From positions 1 through 55,253 of the IMG/VR virus record IMGVR_UViG_3300033052_000029: a stretch of DNA of 55,253 bases. One strand, given 5' to 3'. The stretch is from a virus. Taxonomy: Duplodnaviria > Caudoviricetes. Of the stretch, positions 25,325-34,089 are shown in pieces (the first letter of the stretch is position 1; each line of letters opens with the position of its first letter). The position numbers and the translations under genes are program-made. Under the pieces are notes generated by a model. The model saw only the letters and a list, made by a program, of their open reading frames with translations, had not been told where the DNA came from and ran no database searches.

Positions 25325-26323
25325 ATGATAGGCCAGAACGTACTCGAAGTAATCGCCGGCACGCCCGACTGCCGCGCGGTCCAGATCGTCGACAGGCTCG
25401 ACATCGACGCCGAAGAGGTACTCGCGTCGGTCAAGGCGCTGATCCAGGTGGGCGATATCGTCAGCAGCGAGGGCAGGGGCCCGAACGGGCTTGCCTGCAC
25501 CGTCTACACCCTGAGCGACGCCTTCAAGGCTTCGCCGGCCTACGCGCCGCTCGCAGCCAAGGCCGCCGCCAAGGCTTTCGCAGCGCCGGGCATGAACCGC
25601 GTGGAGCGCGCCATCGAGTGGGTGCGTCAGCACGGCACCGCCACGTCGGCCGAGCTGCACGCCGTCATGGGCCTGCGGGATGACGAGGCGCCGTCGAAGG
25701 TGCTGAGCAGCGCCGTCACCACAAAGCGCCTGGTTAAGGAGGGCAAGAACTGGACGCTCGGCCCCGGGCCGGATGGCGAAGTCTCGGCGCCGGCATCGAC
25801 CTGCATGCCCAAGCGGGACATCAACCAGATTCCGTGCTTCCTGCAGCAGGTCGAGCTGGCGCAGCCGCCGGCCGCCGCCGCGCCGCCAGCGCCGACCTCG
25901 GCGTCGCAGCCTGCACCGGAACCGGAACTGGCGCTCGATGCGGCCTTGAGCGAGCCCGCGAAACGCATCTTCGCCGAGCTGGCCGGCACGGTCGCGCCAC
26001 CCGTCGTACCGCCGCCGGCGCCGAAGCCCGCTAAAGCCGCGACGCGCGTGCGCAGCGAACGTCCGAAGGCAAAGCAGCAGCCGGAGGCGCCGATTGTCGC
26101 GCCGGCCGCCGCCGCGCCTGAGACGCCCGCACCGGACACGGTCATCGTCGCCCTGCGCTCGCTTCCCGAGCAGCCGGCGCCGGTCTACCGCTGCGCCCTA
26201 TGGTCCGACGGAATGCTCGAGGTGCAGCGCGATGGGCAAACTGTGGCGCAGATGCCGCAAGCCGCCGGCGAATCGCTGGCATCGTTTCTGGCCCGACTGG
26301 CGGGCGCAAAGGAGGCAGCATGA
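25325..26323 (+). CDS. Protein with two HTH-like domains and a Pro/Ala-rich linker
   Basis: 332 aa; GGAGGAG RBS; C-terminal CALWSDGMLEV. Confidence 0.7.
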   Translation: MIGQNVLEVIAGTPDCRAVQIVDRLDIDAEEVLASVKALIQVGDIVSSEGRGPNGLACTVYTLSDAFKASPAYAPLAAKAAAKAFAAPGMNRVERAIEWVRQHGTATSAELHAVMGLRDDEAPSKVLSSAVTTKRLVKEGKNWTLGPGPDGEVSAPASTCMPKRDINQIPCFLQQVELAQPPAAAAPPAPTSASQPAPEPELALDAALSEPAKRIFAELAGTVAPPVVPPPAPKPAKAATRVRSERPKAKQQPEAPIVAPAAAAPETPAPDTVIVALRSLPEQPAPVYRCALWSDGMLEVQRDGQTVAQMPQAAGESLASFLARLAGAKEAA

Positions 26324-26688
26324 ATGCGCGCCAACCAGTAGAACGCCGGGTCAATCATCGCATTCGTGAAATGCTGAGTGAGTGGGCGGACTGGCAATCC
26401 GACAGGTGCGGCCTAAGCTTCCCGAGTCAGGTGTCGTTCGTGCAGGAGAGGGTGCAGAATAGTGGGCGCGGTCAATTTGATCATCGGGTAATGCCTGATG
26501 ATCTGGCGAAATTGAATTGTGAAATTGAGAAGCTTGCTCCAGGGTTTCGGAGGATTATTAATCTTGAGTACTTGGATCGCAGGCCGCAAAAGGCGAAAGC
26601 CGCCGAACTCGGAATACCGCGCGAAGTCTTTTCGGCTCGCTTGCGCTTCATCCATGAACACCTCAATCATGTCATGTTTGTGCTGTGA
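26320..26688 (+). CDS. Q-like late antiterminator
   Basis: LSEWADW N-terminus, sigma-4-like HTH KAAELGIPREVFSARL; followed by a promoter-terminator pair. Confidence 0.7.
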   Translation: MNARQPVERRVNHRIREMLSEWADWQSDRCGLSFPSQVSFVQERVQNSGRGQFDHRVMPDDLAKLNCEIEKLAPGFRRIINLEYLDRRPQKAKAAELGIPREVFSARLRFIHEHLNHVMFVL

Positions 26689-26702
26689 TCACAATTTAGC
26701 AG

Positions 26703-26731
26703 TGGAAATTTTGTGATCCGGAAAGTATCAT
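26703..26731 (+). promoter_or_regulatory. Candidate late promoter (pR'-like)
   Basis: TGGAAA-17-TATCAT; TGTGATC repeated at 26684 and 26712. Confidence 0.5.
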
Positions 26732-26763
26732 GATTTCTGTAGGTTGCATTCGTGCGACTAGAG

Positions 26764-26795
26764 AAAAGCCCGCCCCGAAAGGTCGCGGGCTTTTT
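26764..26795 (+). terminator. tR'-like terminator
   Basis: AAAAGCCCGC...GCGGGCTTTTT. Confidence 0.8.
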
Positions 26796-27085
26796 GCATT
26801 TCGGGCCACCAATCAGGAGGCGATCATGTGAGCGGACGCCAAACCGAAGCGCAGCGCCTCGGCCCCGCTGCTATATGCGTCGCCTTTTTCAGTCACCCTG
26901 CCTGATGGGAGGCTTCGGCGCCTGACGCCCGTAATCGCGTCTCCAATCCCCTTGCGGCCAGCGCCCGAGGGCAGCGGTTTGGCCCCGTTGCAAAGCCGAA
27001 AGGCTGAGTAAGATTCCTTGAGGACCCTGCCTAATGGGAGCCTCGGCGCGAGCCAGCAAGACGCTATGAATTCAACGGAGACAGC

Positions 27086-27235
27086 ATGCCCAAGCAGCCC
27101 GAGCCGACCGGCACCGATGTCGCGTTCGTGATCGCATGCCTCCTGATCGTCCTGATCTGCTTCATCGCCCTGATGTGCGATTTTGCCGCGATGATCGTGC
27201 GCGAGACGCTCGCGCGGTTGATGTTTCGCGGCTGA
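27086..27235 (+). CDS. 49-aa single-TM protein (not in the ORF track)
   Basis: GGAG RBS; MPKQPEPTGTDVAFVIACLLIVLICFIALMCDFAAMIVRETLARLMFRG. Confidence 0.55.
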   Translation: MPKQPEPTGTDVAFVIACLLIVLICFIALMCDFAAMIVRETLARLMFRG

Positions 27236-27367
27236 CCGATTTCCCGCCACCTGGCAGATAGCCAGGGGCGGCGCCTGGCTCCCGATATCGAGCCACCACA
27301 CATAGCCTAAGCCCGACGATCGCGCGCCGCGCGTGAGGATGACGGCCGAGGGCTATGTGTGGTTCAT

Positions 27368-27459
27368 GGGTGAGAGCCGAATATTGGTTAAGTCGGCGCG
27401 GACTGTAAATCCGTAGTGCTCACGAAGCGGTGAAGGTTCAATTCCTTCCTCACCCACCA
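27368..27459 (+). tRNA. tRNA-Tyr (GTA), long variable arm, encoded CCA
   Basis: Acceptor GGGTGAG/CTCACCC, A73, CCA; anticodon arm GCGGA-CTGTAAA-TCCGT; T arm GAAGG-TTCAATT-CCTTC. Confidence 0.88.
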
Positions 27460-27464
27460 CTCAA

Positions 27465-27529
27465 TGTCTCCCTCCGTCAGTCCCCACTGACCTTGCCGCC
27501 CGCGCTTCCGAGCGCCGGCGGCCTTTTTA
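27465..27529 (+). ncRNA. Candidate anti-Shine-Dalgarno sRNA ending in an intrinsic terminator
   Basis: TGTCTCCCTCC, hairpin GTCAG/CTGAC, terminator GCCGCC...GGCGGC-cTTTTT; resembles the Burkholderiales toxic sRNA layout from memory. Confidence 0.45.
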
Positions 27530-27542
27530 TTCGAGGTATGCC

Positions 27543-27704
27543 ATGTTTGGTCTGCTTAAGTCCGTTGTTGACCTCGCTACCGACGTGGTGACGGTCGCCG
27601 CTGCGCCCATCGAGATGGTCGTTGACCTGACTGGCGCCGCAGTGAAGCCGGTCGCCGAGGCCGCGAAAGAGCTGGCGAAAGACGTCAAGAGTCTGAAGGA
27701 CTGA
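27543..27704 (+). CDS. 53-aa amphipathic protein (not in the ORF track)
   Basis: GAGGT RBS; MFGLLKSVVDLATDVVTVAAAPIEMVVDLTGAAVKPVAEAAKELAKDVKSLKD. Confidence 0.7.
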   Translation: MFGLLKSVVDLATDVVTVAAAPIEMVVDLTGAAVKPVAEAAKELAKDVKSLKD

Positions 27705-27707
27705 GCC

Positions 27708-27908
27708 ATGGCAACCGAGCGCAGCCCCGTCTTCGTACGAGTCGAGATCGACGGCAAGGAGGAGCGCCGCCAGGCTATCCCCGAGGCGCTGCTGTACGAC
27801 AACGCCGGCAAGCCGGTCGTCATGCGCACCCGCGCCCAGCTCTACGAAGGCGAGCAGCTCGTCGAGCGCCTTGGCAAGATTCCCAAGATTATCAAGGTAG
27901 CAGCATGA
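27708..27908 (+). CDS. Hypothetical protein
   Basis: 66 aa in a coupled late operon. Confidence 0.65.
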   Translation: MATERSPVFVRVEIDGKEERRQAIPEALLYDNAGKPVVMRTRAQLYEGEQLVERLGKIPKIIKVAA

Positions 27909-28228
27909 GCGATATCGCACACATCTACCGCGCCGAGATCCTGCGCGCCGTGCAGGGCCCGAAGTGGAGCGCGCTGCGGGTGCACGACATCGACCGCCTG
28001 AACGCCATCGCCCAGCGTCTGGCCGAGAGCGAGGAGGCGATGGGCATCCTGCGCGCCAAGGGCTACGGCAAGACCGGCATGACGCTGGCCGAGGTGATCC
28101 GTGCCATCCCGAACAACGTGCGCGGCATGCTGACGAACCTGTTCACCTTCAAGCCGTTCCGCACCGGTCCGCTCGGGCAGAAGCCGGAAGTGACGGCCGA
28201 GGTGCACGACATCTGGACATCGAAGTAA
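27905..28228 (+). CDS. Hypothetical protein
   Basis: 107 aa, ATGA overlap. Confidence 0.7.
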   Translation: MSDIAHIYRAEILRAVQGPKWSALRVHDIDRLNAIAQRLAESEEAMGILRAKGYGKTGMTLAEVIRAIPNNVRGMLTNLFTFKPFRTGPLGQKPEVTAEVHDIWTSK

Positions 28229-28247
28229 GCGAACCGAGGATCTCGCC

Positions 28248-28469
28248 ATGCTGAGCGACTTGAAGGCCAAAGTTTTCCTGCTGACTCCCCAGGTGGGCGA
28301 CACGATCGTCATCACGACGCCGTGGCCAATGCACAAGGAGCAGGTCAAGGAGCTCGAAACGGAAACGCTCGAGCGCCTGCCAGAAGGCGTCAAGGTGCTC
28401 GTCCTGCACAACGGGATGACCATGATGCACATCGCAAACCCGCGGCCGCCAGCCGAGCCGGCGCCATGA
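28248..28469 (+). CDS. Hypothetical protein
   Basis: 73 aa, GAGGA RBS. Confidence 0.65.
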   Translation: MLSDLKAKVFLLTPQVGDTIVITTPWPMHKEQVKELETETLERLPEGVKVLVLHNGMTMMHIANPRPPAEPAP

Positions 28470-28795
28470 CCGGGCGACCGTACCCGATCACTGGCCAGGA
28501 CATCGGCAAGGAGCTGTGCGACGCGCTCGGCCTGCCGAAGAACACGATCAGCTTTACCCTGCGCGCCCAAGTCGGCCATTTCGTCACCGTGGAGTGCGAA
28601 TACGCGCCTGAGGGCCGCGAATGGCTGCGCGAACTGGCCGAGTTCCATCTGGTGCGCCAGCCTGAGACCAAGGCGCCGGCAGTCGCACCGATGCACTACG
28701 ACGACTGGCTAGCCCAAAGCAAGGCCATCGCGCACCGCGACTTCATGATGCGCACTAGCCGGCGCCTGCCGTGCGACATGGCCGTCTGCAAATAA
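28466..28795 (+). CDS. Hypothetical protein
   Basis: 109 aa, ATGA overlap. Confidence 0.65.
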   Translation: MTGRPYPITGQDIGKELCDALGLPKNTISFTLRAQVGHFVTVECEYAPEGREWLRELAEFHLVRQPETKAPAVAPMHYDDWLAQSKAIAHRDFMMRTSRRLPCDMAVCK

Positions 28796-28835
28796 ATGAA
28801 AAGGCGACAACAGCGCACCTATCAAGGAACCTATC

Positions 28836-29462
28836 ATGGCGCAGAAAGAGAAAGCGGCGCCGGACTGGGAGCGCATTGAAGCGGACTACCGGGCCGGCGT
28901 CCTGTCGGTACGGGAAATCGCAGCATCGCAGGGCATTTCGCACACCGCCATCCAGAAGAAGGCCAAGACCGAAGGATGGGAGCGCGACCTCGGCGCCAAG
29001 ATCCAGGCCAAGGCCGATCGACTGGTTGCCAAACGCGAGGTTGCCAAGCAGGTTGCCGCCGAACGGGTGGAAACCGACCGCGGAATCGTCGAAGCGAACG
29101 CCGAAGTTATCGCCCAGGTGCGCCTGAATCACCGTGGCGACATCGCCCGCGCCCGCAAGCTGTGCATGTCGCTGCTGGCCGAGATCGAAGTCGAGACCGA
29201 AAACCTCGACCTATTCGAGGAGCTGGGCGAACTGCTGCGCGCCGAGGACGACAAGGGCCAGGACAAGCGCAACGACGTCTACCGCCGCGTCATCTCGGGT
29301 GCCTCGCGCATCGACAGCATGAAGAAGCTGGCCGACGCCCTCAAGGTGCTCGTCGGCCTGGAGCGCGAGGCGTACGGCATCGATGCTGACCAAAAGGGCG
29401 CCGGCGGTGGTGACGAGATGGCCGCCGTGCTGCGCGACCTGATCGAGAAGCTGCCAGGATGA
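28836..29462 (+). CDS. terS: Terminase small subunit
   Basis: PDWERIEADYRAGVLSVREIA...ISHTAIQKKAKTEGWERDL HTH; directly upstream of terL. Confidence 0.85.
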   Translation: MAQKEKAAPDWERIEADYRAGVLSVREIAASQGISHTAIQKKAKTEGWERDLGAKIQAKADRLVAKREVAKQVAAERVETDRGIVEANAEVIAQVRLNHRGDIARARKLCMSLLAEIEVETENLDLFEELGELLRAEDDKGQDKRNDVYRRVISGASRIDSMKKLADALKVLVGLEREAYGIDADQKGAGGGDEMAAVLRDLIEKLPG

Positions 29463-30778
29463 GCACCGGGAACCTGTTGCTCGATCGGCAGTTGGCCCGC
29501 TGGTATGCGCTCAAGGATCACCCGGTACAGCTAGCCCTCGTGGATGCAGTGCCCAATGGCGTGCGCTTTCCCCTGGTGCCCGCAGGTCGCCGCAGCGGCA
29601 AGACGGAGCGCTTCAAGCGCTTCCTCGTCAAGCAGGCGAACCGCGTGCCGGGCCCGTACTTCGCCGCGGCGCCGACGCACGACCAGGCGAAAAAGATCTT
29701 CTGGGACGACCTGAAGGCCTTCTCCCTGTCCAGCATGCATGCGAAGCGCCCGAGCGAGTCGGATCGCATCATCTACATGCCGAACGGGAGCGAGCTGCAC
29801 GTGATCGGCCTGGACAAGCCACAGCGCATCGAAGGCATCCCCTGGAAGGGCGGCGGCATCGACGAATTCGCCGACGTCAAGCCGGAAGCGTGGGAGGCGA
29901 ACATTCTTCCCGCGCTGAACACGGTCAACCCGCTGGACCCGCTGTATCGCGCCTGGTGCTGGCTCCTGGGCGTGCCCGATGGTCTGAACCACTACTACGA
30001 CCTGTGCTCGCGCGCCGAGACGGGTGTTGACCCGAGCTTCCAGGTGTTTCACTGGAAGTCGGCCGAGATCCTGCCGCCCGATGTCATCGTCGCCATGAAG
30101 AAGGCGATGTCGGAAAAGCAGTTCAAGCAGGAATTCGAGGCATCCTTCGAGACGGCCGGCGGCCGCATCTACGAGGACTACAGCAAGGCGAACCACACCG
30201 GCGAGCGGATCCTGCCGCACGAGCAGCTGATGTGGATGCACGACCAGAACTACACGCCCTTGTCCTCGGCCATTGGTGTGCGGCGCGACAACGTGCTGTT
30301 CCTGCTCGACGAGATCGTGCTCACCAGCGCGGTATCGAAGCAGTCCGCGATCGAGTTCGTCGAAAAGTTCAAGGCGCACGAGAACAAGAACGTGTTGATC
30401 TACGGCGACCCGGCGGGCCAGGCGGGCGAAAAGCATGGCCACGCATCTGACTACACCGACATCGAGGCGGTGCTGCGTGCGCATGGCTGGACGTACACCC
30501 GCAAGGTCAAGCCGGCGCACCCGGCGATCAAGGACCGCCAGAACGCGGTGCGCGCCAAGATCTGCACCGCAGACGGCGTGCGCAGCCTGTTCGTCAACCC
30601 TGCGACCGCGAAGTGGTGCGACAAGGGCCTGGCGACTGTGCAGCTGCAAGACGGGTCGACCTTCCAGGAAGACCAGAAGAACAAGTACCAGCACATCACC
30701 ACGGCGATCGGCTACTGCGTCGACGTCGAATGGCCAAGCATCAAGCGCACCGTCGAGATATCACCACTGAGGATGTAA
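29459..30778 (+). CDS. terL: Terminase large subunit
   Basis: Walker A AGRRSGKT, Walker B GGGIDE, FKQEFEASF, C-terminal nuclease (HDQN, YGDPAG). Confidence 0.92.
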   Translation: MSTGNLLLDRQLARWYALKDHPVQLALVDAVPNGVRFPLVPAGRRSGKTERFKRFLVKQANRVPGPYFAAAPTHDQAKKIFWDDLKAFSLSSMHAKRPSESDRIIYMPNGSELHVIGLDKPQRIEGIPWKGGGIDEFADVKPEAWEANILPALNTVNPLDPLYRAWCWLLGVPDGLNHYYDLCSRAETGVDPSFQVFHWKSAEILPPDVIVAMKKAMSEKQFKQEFEASFETAGGRIYEDYSKANHTGERILPHEQLMWMHDQNYTPLSSAIGVRRDNVLFLLDEIVLTSAVSKQSAIEFVEKFKAHENKNVLIYGDPAGQAGEKHGHASDYTDIEAVLRAHGWTYTRKVKPAHPAIKDRQNAVRAKICTADGVRSLFVNPATAKWCDKGLATVQLQDGSTFQEDQKNKYQHITTAIGYCVDVEWPSIKRTVEISPLRM

Positions 30779-30785
30779 GCCACCC

Positions 30786-32162
30786 ATGAGCAACGTACGC
30801 ACAAGGTCAGCCGCGGTCGAGAAGATGGCCGCCGACTGGCCGCTGATTAGCGCGCTGCTGGACGGCTCGCCCGAGATGCGCCGCATGGGCGAGGCCTACA
30901 TGCCCCGCCAGCCGCGCGAGGAAAAGGAAGACTGGCAATACCGCCTCGACACCGCCACACTGTACCCGGCATTCGAGCGCACCGTCGAGATCCTGGCCGG
31001 CAAGCCGTTTTCCAAGCAGCTCGTCATCGGCGAGAACGTACCGGCGCGCCTCAAGGGTTGGCTCGAACTGGTCGACCTGCGTCGCAACCTGCACGTGTTC
31101 GCGGCGAGCGTGTTCGAGGAGGCTGTTGCATTCGGTCTGTCGGGCATTCTGGTCGACTACCCGACCGTGAGCGGCCTGCGCACCGTGGCCGAGGAGAAGA
31201 AAGCCGGCGTGCGCCCGTACTTCGTGCACGTGCGCGCGCAGAATATCCTCGGCTGGCGGTCGAAAGTCGTCGCCGGCCGCGAGACGCTGACCCAGCTGCG
31301 CCTGCTCGAGCAGGTTGAGGAAGAGGATGGCGAATTCGGCACCGACGTTGTCGAGCAGGTGCGCGTACTGTACCCGGGCTACTGGGAAGTGTGGCGCCAA
31401 GCCGCCGACCGCCGCCGCAAGTGGATCAAGGTCGATGAGGGCCTATCCCTGGCGCGCATCCCGTTCGTGCCGGTCTACGGCAAGCAAGTCGCGTTCATGG
31501 TCGGCAAGCCGCCGCTGCTGTCCCTGGCCGAGATGAACCGCGACCACTGGCGCGAGAGCTCGGACCAGCGTGATTCGGTGCGCTTCGCACGCAAGCGCCT
31601 GCTGGTCCTGTCGGGCATCGATGGCGGCAAGGAGATCGTCGCCAGCTCGAATTACGCTCTGCAACTCCCGCAGGGCGCAGACGCAAAGATCGTGCAGGGC
31701 AGCGCCGAGTCGGTCAAGATCGGGCGCGAAGAGATCAACACCATCGAGGAGCAGATGCGCCAGGCCGGCGCCGAACTGCTCGTGATGCGCCCCGGCAAGA
31801 TCACCGCCACGCAGACCGCCAGCGAGGATCAAGGCAACCTGTGCGCGCTGCAGCGCATGGCCCTCGACCTGGAGGACTCGCTCGACGAAGCCCTGCAGCT
31901 GATGGCCGAGTGGGTGAGCGAACCCGCCGGCGGCAACGTTACTGTGTTCAAGGACTTCGGCGCGGCCAGCATGGATGCGGCAAGCGCCGAATTCCTGCTC
32001 AAGATGAACCAGGCCGGCAAGCTGTCGGACGAAACCCTGTTCGCCGAGACCCAGCGCCGCGGCATCGTGACGCCGGATGTCAAGTATGCTGACGAGAAGG
32101 ACCGCATCGACATGCAGGGCCCGGCGCCCGGCAGCGTGACCGATCCGGACCGCGATGAGTAG
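30786..32162 (+). CDS. Portal protein (DUF4055-like)
   Basis: 458 aa after terL; YRLDTATLYP, GILVDYP, IPFVP, PPLLSLAEMN. Confidence 0.88.
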   Translation: MSNVRTRSAAVEKMAADWPLISALLDGSPEMRRMGEAYMPRQPREEKEDWQYRLDTATLYPAFERTVEILAGKPFSKQLVIGENVPARLKGWLELVDLRRNLHVFAASVFEEAVAFGLSGILVDYPTVSGLRTVAEEKKAGVRPYFVHVRAQNILGWRSKVVAGRETLTQLRLLEQVEEEDGEFGTDVVEQVRVLYPGYWEVWRQAADRRRKWIKVDEGLSLARIPFVPVYGKQVAFMVGKPPLLSLAEMNRDHWRESSDQRDSVRFARKRLLVLSGIDGGKEIVASSNYALQLPQGADAKIVQGSAESVKIGREEINTIEEQMRQAGAELLVMRPGKITATQTASEDQGNLCALQRMALDLEDSLDEALQLMAEWVSEPAGGNVTVFKDFGAASMDAASAEFLLKMNQAGKLSDETLFAETQRRGIVTPDVKYADEKDRIDMQGPAPGSVTDPDRDE

Positions 32163-33279
32163 CGTCAACGAGCAGCTGCGCGACGCCGACATCGGCCACC
32201 AGGTCGACCTGCAGCAGTACGCGAACGGCGTGGTGCAGCGCATGCTGGCCCTGCTGAACCGGGTCGATAGCGACCTGTTCGCGCAGCTGATGGCCGCCCT
32301 GGAGCGCCTGCCGGCCGAGTCGTTCACGGTGGAGCGCCTGCAGCAGCTGCTTGCCAGCGTACGCGCACTGAACGCCCAAGCCTACGCCGCGCTGTATGGC
32401 GAACTGCAGGACGAGCTGCAAGCGCTGGCAGTGTACGAGGCCGGCTACCAGTTCAGCCTGTTCAAGAGCGCGATTCCGGTCGAGGCGCAGGTTGTGCTGC
32501 AGATCGATATCGCCACGGTGTCGGCCGAGCAGGTCTACGCCGCCGCGATGTCCCGACCCTTCCGCGGTCGATTACTATCGGAATGGGCCTCGTCAATAGC
32601 AAATGACCGCATGGCGCGCATCCGTGACGCCGTGCGCATCGGCTACGTCGAGAACCAGGGCATCAGCGAGATCGTCAAGCGCGTGCGCGGCACCCGGGCC
32701 AAGGGCTACAGCGACGGCATCATCGAGATCGACCGCCGGCACGCCGAGGCGGTGGTGCGCACCGCGATCAGCCACACGGCCGCGTTCACGCGCAACCGCT
32801 TCCTCGACGTCAACCGCGACCTGATCAAGGCTGTGGTGTGGACGTCGACGCTCGACAGCCGCACGTCCGAGGGCTGCCGCATCCGCGATGGCCTGCAGTA
32901 CACGCCGGGCGAGCACAAGCCGATCGGCCACACGGTGCCGTGGCTGTCCGGCCCTGGCCAGCTGCACTGGAACTGCCGCAGCACTAGCCTGCCGGTCACA
33001 AAAAGCTGGGCCGAGCTGGGCGGCGCCGACATCGGCGAGTTCAACCCGGCAACACGCGCGTCGATGGACGGGCAAGTGCCGGCCGAAACGACGTTCGCCG
33101 AGTGGATCAAGAAGCAGTCGGCCGCGCGCCAGGACGAGATCCTCGGGCCGACGCGGGGCAAGCTGATGCGTGACGGAAAGCTGACGCTGGACCGGTTCTA
33201 CAATGAACGTGGCCGATATTTGACGCTTGCACAACTGCGCGAACGTAATGCTGCCGCGTTCGCTGCGGCGGGCCTATAA
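32155..33279 (+). CDS. Minor head protein (SPP1 gp7/Mu gpF-like)
   Basis: VVRTA, STLDSRTSEGCRIRDG, HWNCRS. Confidence 0.9.
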   Translation: MSSVNEQLRDADIGHQVDLQQYANGVVQRMLALLNRVDSDLFAQLMAALERLPAESFTVERLQQLLASVRALNAQAYAALYGELQDELQALAVYEAGYQFSLFKSAIPVEAQVVLQIDIATVSAEQVYAAAMSRPFRGRLLSEWASSIANDRMARIRDAVRIGYVENQGISEIVKRVRGTRAKGYSDGIIEIDRRHAEAVVRTAISHTAAFTRNRFLDVNRDLIKAVVWTSTLDSRTSEGCRIRDGLQYTPGEHKPIGHTVPWLSGPGQLHWNCRSTSLPVTKSWAELGGADIGEFNPATRASMDGQVPAETTFAEWIKKQSAARQDEILGPTRGKLMRDGKLTLDRFYNERGRYLTLAQLRERNAAAFAAAGL

Positions 33280-33296
33280 GGAAAGCAGGTGGAGTT

Positions 33297-33563
33297 ATGA
33301 ATAAGAAACAGCTGTTGGAGTGGGTGCATTCACTCCCTGATGACGCCGAGGCGATGCCGTTTGAGCTTTCGGAAACGAGAGACGAATGCGGAGATTGGGA
33401 GCGGCAGTTTGACCTTATTGGAAGCACTTTCCCCGCGGTATATCAGCAGCAGGTGCGTTCAGAGGTAACGTTACGCCTTCGTTTTACCGGCGTCGTCCAA
33501 GGCGAGTTTCAGCGCGACTATTTCGGGAATCCTCAATGGGCGAACGTTCGTCGCGTGAATTGA
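33297..33563 (+). CDS. Hypothetical protein, AT-richer insert
   Basis: 88 aa, GGAG RBS. Confidence 0.6.
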   Translation: MNKKQLLEWVHSLPDDAEAMPFELSETRDECGDWERQFDLIGSTFPAVYQQQVRSEVTLRLRFTGVVQGEFQRDYFGNPQWANVRRVN

Positions 33564-33585
33564 GTGATCGTCCTATAATCGTTAC

Positions 33586-33828
33586 ATGCCTTGCCTGACC
33601 GTCATCGAAGGTACGCCGCCTCCCGATACCCGGGAGCAGCGGGTCGTCGACCGAATCAAGAAGACGGCGCGCACGCCCGATCTGATCCAGTGCCACCGCT
33701 GCGGCTGCCGAGAGGTACTGCCGCTGACGACCGGCGCCGTGCTGAAGAATGGCAAGGTAAGTGGCGGCACGACGGTGCATGTGTGTGCTGCGTGCTTTAT
33801 GAAGGGCGAGCGTGTCGTGCTCGCGTGA
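33586..33828 (+). CDS. Zn-finger-like protein
   Basis: CHRCG...CAAC. Confidence 0.7.
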   Translation: MPCLTVIEGTPPPDTREQRVVDRIKKTARTPDLIQCHRCGCREVLPLTTGAVLKNGKVSGGTTVHVCAACFMKGERVVLA

Positions 33829-33982
33829 ACGTTTTTGCGATCAGTGGCTGAGACGCGCAGCCATGTGAACCTAGCGGACTGAGGTATCGAAACATCAGCG
33901 CCTTTCGGGTCGCTCCCGATATCGCAAATAGAGGGTTTGATCCGCGTGCTGCAGCGCCGGATATCAGCCCTCACCCCATTTC

Positions 33983-34016
33983 AAAGGCCAGCCTAACGCG
34001 CTGGCCTTTTTCTTTT
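33983..34016 (+). terminator. Intrinsic terminator before the scaffold gene
   Basis: AAAGGCCAGC/GCTGGCCTTT stem and T run. Confidence 0.8.
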
Positions 34017-34076
34017 GCCGCAGCGCGGATGCAACGCGGCGCCCCGGGCGGATGCCTGCATACAGGTCGGATGACC
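34017..34076 (+). promoter_or_regulatory. Three GGAU-tetraloop hairpins in the scaffold leader
   Basis: GC-GGAT-GC inside GCCGC/GCGGC; CGGGC-GGAT-GCCTG; GGTC-GGAT-GACC. Confidence 0.65.
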
Positions 34077-34089
34077 AGAAAGCGAAACG

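Noticed and set aside
25471-25478. KOPS-like GGGCAGGG near the RdgC-FtsK-gamma gene
   Set aside because: A single octamer in GC-rich coding DNA is expected by chance
27460-27530. tRNA-associated HDV-like (theta) ribozyme
   Set aside because: Could not build the nested double pseudoknot; the sequence fits hairpin plus terminator
33878-33895. CTGAGGTATCGAAAC as a hammerhead ribozyme core
   Set aside because: Lacks CUGANGA and a stem II; flanking helices do not fit
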